Of a stretch of DNA of 64,000 nt, positions 60,772 through 64,000 are shown piece after piece (position 1 is the stretch's first letter; the number at the start of each line of letters is the position of its first letter). Made by a program: the position numbers and the translations under genes. The notes beneath the pieces were generated by a model, which was not told the DNA's origin, ran no database searches, and was given only the letters and a program-made list of their open reading frames with translations. Where the stretch lies: NCBI GenBank assembly GCA_963778655.1, contig CAVZVA010000009.1:1408001-1472000 (forward strand), in the 5' to 3' direction. The stretch comes from an uncultured delta proteobacterium (lineage in GTDB: Bacteria > Myxococcota_A > Polyangia > Polyangiales > JAFGIB01).

Positions 60772-61704
60772 CTACGCGGCCGAGGGCACGCGCGCGGCGT
60801 GGCGGGCGAGACGGTGCCACAGGGCCGCGACTGCGGCCAGCACCAGCAGGCCGATCAGCTGCGAGGTGGACAGCCCGAGCAGACCGCCGCGGTCGTCGTC
60901 GCGCAGGTACTCGAGGGCGAAGCGCAGCACCGCGTAGAGCCCCAAGAACGCCAGCATGACCTGGCCGTCGAAGCGCTTGCGCGCCTGCAACCACGCCAGG
61001 AAGAACGCAATCGCGAGGCAGCCGGCCGCTTCGTAAAGCTGGGTCGGGTGCACCGGCAGGGAGGGCAAGGCCTTGGTCGCGAGCAGACCCTCGCGGAACT
61101 GCTTTTCGCTGGCGGCGGAGTAGCGCGGAAAGGACAGCCCGAAGCGGCTGTCGGTCACGATCCCGAAGCAGCAGCCGGCGAAGAAGCAGCCCAGCCGGCC
61201 GAAGAACAGACCCACGGGCAGCACGGCGCCCACCGCGTCGCAGGTCTTGGCCAGCGGGAAGCCCTCGCGGCGCAGGAACCACAGCCCGGTCGCGCTCGCG
61301 CTGACCAACCCGCCGTAGTACGCCAACCCACCGTTCCAGAACTCGGCCCAGGCGAAGCAATCGCGCTCGGCCGCATGGCACAGGCTGCGCGCGCCGTCCC
61401 ACGCGCCGCGCAGCTCGCTGCACTCGGCGCGGCTGGTCACGGTGCGCCAGATCACGCGGCTGGGGTCGGTGCACAGGTGGACGTAGTCCCAGAAGTAGCC
61501 GTCCGCGATCACGTGCAGCACGCGCGCGCCGGCCACCCCCGAGAGCACCGAGATCAGCCCGAGGTCGATGATCACGTCTGGGTCGAGGCCCGAGCGCTTG
61601 GCCCAGCGCGCGCACAGCAGCGTGGCGGTGACGAAGCCGAGCGTGAGCAGCGCGAAGTACGCGGGGATGGGCTCGCCGAAGATCCGCCCGAAGGTCGGGA
61701 TCAT
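60772..61704 (-). CDS. lgt: Prolipoprotein diacylglyceryl transferase
   Basis: GARVLH, GGLAYYGG, GRLGCFFAGCCFG, HPTQLYE and RFALEYLR motifs. Confidence 0.9.
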   Translation of the reverse strand: MIPTFGRIFGEPIPAYFALLTLGFVTATLLCARWAKRSGLDPDVIIDLGLISVLSGVAGARVLHVIADGYFWDYVHLCTDPSRVIWRTVTSRAECSELRGAWDGARSLCHAAERDCFAWAEFWNGGLAYYGGLVSASATGLWFLRREGFPLAKTCDAVGAVLPVGLFFGRLGCFFAGCCFGIVTDSRFGLSFPRYSAASEKQFREGLLATKALPSLPVHPTQLYEAAGCLAIAFFLAWLQARKRFDGQVMLAFLGLYAVLRFALEYLRDDDRGGLLGLSTSQLIGLLVLAAVAALWHRLARHAARVPSAA

Positions 61705-62312
61705 GCCTTCTCCGGGCGCGCTCCTTCGGCCGCGCTCTCCGGGGGGCGTGGGGCCGGGCGGCGCAAGCCATCGAGCAGCAGCAACGCGACCCCGACCGTG
61801 ATGGTGGAGTCAGCGATGTTGAACGTGGGCCACTCGAACACGTCGTGAATGTGGAAGTGGATGAAGTCCACCACGTAGCCCAGCCGCACGCGGTCGATCA
61901 GGTTGCCGACGGCGCCCGAGACCACCAGTGGCACGCTCCAGGCGAATAGCGCGCCGCCGCTGCCGTGGATGAACATCCACAGCAGCGCGAAGATCGCGGC
62001 GGCGCCAGCGGTCATGAACACCCCGACGCGCAGCCAGCGCGGCGACTGGTCGAGCAGGCCGAACGCGGCGCCGCAATTCTCCGCGTAGCGCAGCTCGAGA
62101 TAGCCGGCGAGCAGCACGATCGGCTCGCCGCGCAGCCGCTGCATGTAGTAGCGGCCCCCGGAGTCGGCGCTGCACGGCGCGGGCGGGGGCGAGCTCTGCG
62201 CGTGGGAGAGCGCGCCTTCGGCCCAGGACTTGCTCAGCAGGTCTCCCGCGGTCAGCACCGCGATGGCGATCACGCACAGCACGAGCGAGCGAAGGGTACG
62301 CGGCGTTGACAT
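61701..62312 (-). CDS. lspA: Lipoprotein signal peptidase II (copy 1)
   Basis: NCGAAFG, GAVGNLIDR, VVDFI and FNIAD motifs. Confidence 0.92.
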   Translation of the reverse strand: MSTPRTLRSLVLCVIAIAVLTAGDLLSKSWAEGALSHAQSSPPPAPCSADSGGRYYMQRLRGEPIVLLAGYLELRYAENCGAAFGLLDQSPRWLRVGVFMTAGAAAIFALLWMFIHGSGGALFAWSVPLVVSGAVGNLIDRVRLGYVVDFIHFHIHDVFEWPTFNIADSTITVGVALLLLDGLRRPAPRPPESAAEGARPEKA

Positions 62313-62329
62313 GGTGTTGGTCGGCCTCG

Positions 62330-62866
62330 TCAGTCAGAGCGCAGGCTCCCGGCGGGTGCGTCCCCGACCGGCGGCAGGGGCCCGTGGCCCTCCCGGTTGA
62401 GTAGCCCATCGAGCGCGAGCAAGAGCAGGCCGAGCGTGATGAACACGTCGGCGGCGTTGAAGGTCGCCCACTGCAGCACCGGGCCCACGTGCGCGTGCAC
62501 GAAGTCCACCACCTCGCCCACCCGAACGCGGTCGATCAGGTTGCCGATCGCCCCGGCCGCCAGCAGCGCGAGCGCGAAGCGCAGCCGGCCCTGGCGCGGG
62601 GCGCTCCTGTGGTACAGCGCGAGGATCAGCACCAGCACCACCAGGCTGCTGAAGACCAGCAGGGCGCGGCGCGGTCCGGCCGCCAGCGCGGCGCCCAGGC
62701 TGAAGAACGCGCCCGGGTTGCGCACGCAGCGCAGGTCCAGATAACCCGGCACCAGCGTCACGATGCCGCGCGGAAGCACGTACGCCTCCGCCCAGCGCTT
62801 GCTGAGCTGATCGAGCAGCGTACACGCCGCCAGCACGAGTCCCAGCGATACCCAGCGCGCTCTCAC
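62330..62866 (-). CDS. lspA: Lipoprotein signal peptidase II (copy 2)
   Basis: DQLSK, NPGAFFS, GAIGNLIDR, VVDFV and FNAADV motifs; GTG start overlaps the ileS stop. Confidence 0.9.
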   Translation of the reverse strand: MRARWVSLGLVLAACTLLDQLSKRWAEAYVLPRGIVTLVPGYLDLRCVRNPGAFFSLGAALAAGPRRALLVFSSLVVLVLILALYHRSAPRQGRLRFALALLAAGAIGNLIDRVRVGEVVDFVHAHVGPVLQWATFNAADVFITLGLLLLALDGLLNREGHGPLPPVGDAPAGSLRSD

Positions 62867-64000
62867 GGCTTCCAACCGGATAGCACGGCTGCGCAGCGGG
62901 CGCACAGATCCGAGTGTCCGGGGTCGGAGCCGACGTCCGGGCGGTGGCGCCAGCAGCGCTGGCACTGCGCCGCGCCGGTGCGCGCGACCTGCACCGCCAG
63001 CGCGGCGGCGTCGCCGGGCTCGAGCTCGACCGAAGCCACGGCCAGCGCCTCGGCCAGGTCCGGGGCGACGCTCGCGAGCTGCGCGCGCTGCGTCGCGGGC
63101 AGCGCGAGCCGCACCGCGACCTCGCGCCGGTGGCCGATCTCGCGCGCCTTCACCTTGGGCTCGAGCACGAGGTTCACGGCGTCGCGCACCGCAAGCAGCG
63201 CCTGGCCCGCCGCCAGCAACGCGGCGTCCTCGGCCGCGGCCCCGGGCGCCTGCAGGTGCGCGTCCAGGAACACCGAGCCCTCGGCCTCACCCGGCAGGTG
63301 GCGCCAGGCTTCGTCGGCGGTGAACGAGGTGATAGGCGCGAGCGCCGCGATCGTGCCGCGCGCGATCAGCTCGAGCGTGGCCTGACAGGAGCGGCGGCGC
63401 GGCGCGTCGCGCGCGTCGCAGTACAGCCTGTCCTTGACCACGTCGAGATAGAACGACGACCAGTCGCCCGCGCACAGCTCGACGGTGCGGTGATACACGC
63501 TGCGAAAGTCGTAGCGCTCGTAGGCCTGCACCACTTCGCGCAGGTAACGCCGCATGCGCGCCTGCGCCCAGCGGTCGAGCGGGTCGAGCTCGGCCGGTGC
63601 GGCGCCCTTGCGGTGGTCGTGCAGATTGCCCAGCACGAAACGCAGCGTGTTGCGGATCTTGAAGTACGCGTCGGAGACCTGCTTGATGTGGTCGCTCGAG
63701 TAGCGCACGTCGTTGCGGAAGTCCTCGTAGGCGACCCACAGCCGAAACAGCTCCGCGCCCTGCTGCTTGATGACCACCTCGGGATCGACGTATTCGACGT
63801 CCTCGCCCCCTTCCTTGCGCCGGAGTAGATCGCTCTTGCTGTAAGGACGGCCCTGCTCGTCGCACACGAAGCCATGGGTGAGCACGCGCTTGTAGGGCGC
63901 GCGGCCGAGCACGGCACAGCCCACCAGCAGCGAGCTGTGGAACCAGCCGCGGTGCTGGTCGGAGCCCTCGAGATAGAGGTCGACCGGCAGCCCGAAGCCC
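62863..64000 (-). CDS. ileS: Isoleucyl-tRNA synthetase, type 1 (5' part outside window)
   Basis: DLYLEGSDQHRGWFHSSLL, THGF, KIRNTLRF, YLDVVKDRLY; C-terminal Zn finger CQRCW...CARC; followed by lspA. Confidence 0.95.
   Translation of the reverse strand, partial: GFGLPVDLYLEGSDQHRGWFHSSLLVGCAVLGRAPYKRVLTHGFVCDEQGRPYSKSDLLRRKEGGEDVEYVDPEVVIKQQGAELFRLWVAYEDFRNDVRYSSDHIKQVSDAYFKIRNTLRFVLGNLHDHRKGAAPAELDPLDRWAQARMRRYLREVVQAYERYDFRSVYHRTVELCAGDWSSFYLDVVKDRLYCDARDAPRRRSCQATLELIARGTIAALAPITSFTADEAWRHLPGEAEGSVFLDAHLQAPGAAAEDAALLAAGQALLAVRDAVNLVLEPKVKAREIGHRREVAVRLALPATQRAQLASVAPDLAEALAVASVELEPGDAAALAVQVARTGAAQCQRCWRHRPDVGSDPGHSDLCARCAAVLSGWKP

Overview
A very GC-rich (roughly 70% by eye) chromosomal core region. 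By gene content it is most likely from a myxobacterium (Myxococcota, probably Polyangiales-like; this is an inference). It carries about 55 mostly housekeeping or signalling genes: cca, an S41 protease, thrH, a FliA/WhiG-type sigma factor, gap-pgk-tpiA-secG-kup, two Ser/Thr kinases and a PP2C phosphatase, mutS-pheA-hisC-lipoprotein-aroA-like-cmk-rpsA, scpAB, bcp, map, parAB-folD and ileS-lspA-lspA-lgt. I saw no rRNA, tRNA, CRISPR-cas, prophage or transposase. The unusual signals are: (1) a perfect 99-bp tandem array (6 palindromic 68-bp cores, 5 identical 31-bp linkers) translated in frame as the tail of a lipoprotein, whose core is a dispersed hairpin element found three more times in intergenic DNA; (2) a 176-bp MITE-like element with perfect 21-bp inverted repeats; (3) a second REP-like family; (4) a frameshifted aroA homologue with eroded active-site motifs, near a motif-degenerate pheA; (5) an IleRS with PYSKS in place of KMSKS; (6) tandem DnaA-box-like repeats over a sigma-factor start codon; (7) two small proteins beside parA. 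All calls come from reading motifs by eye; no database searches were run.
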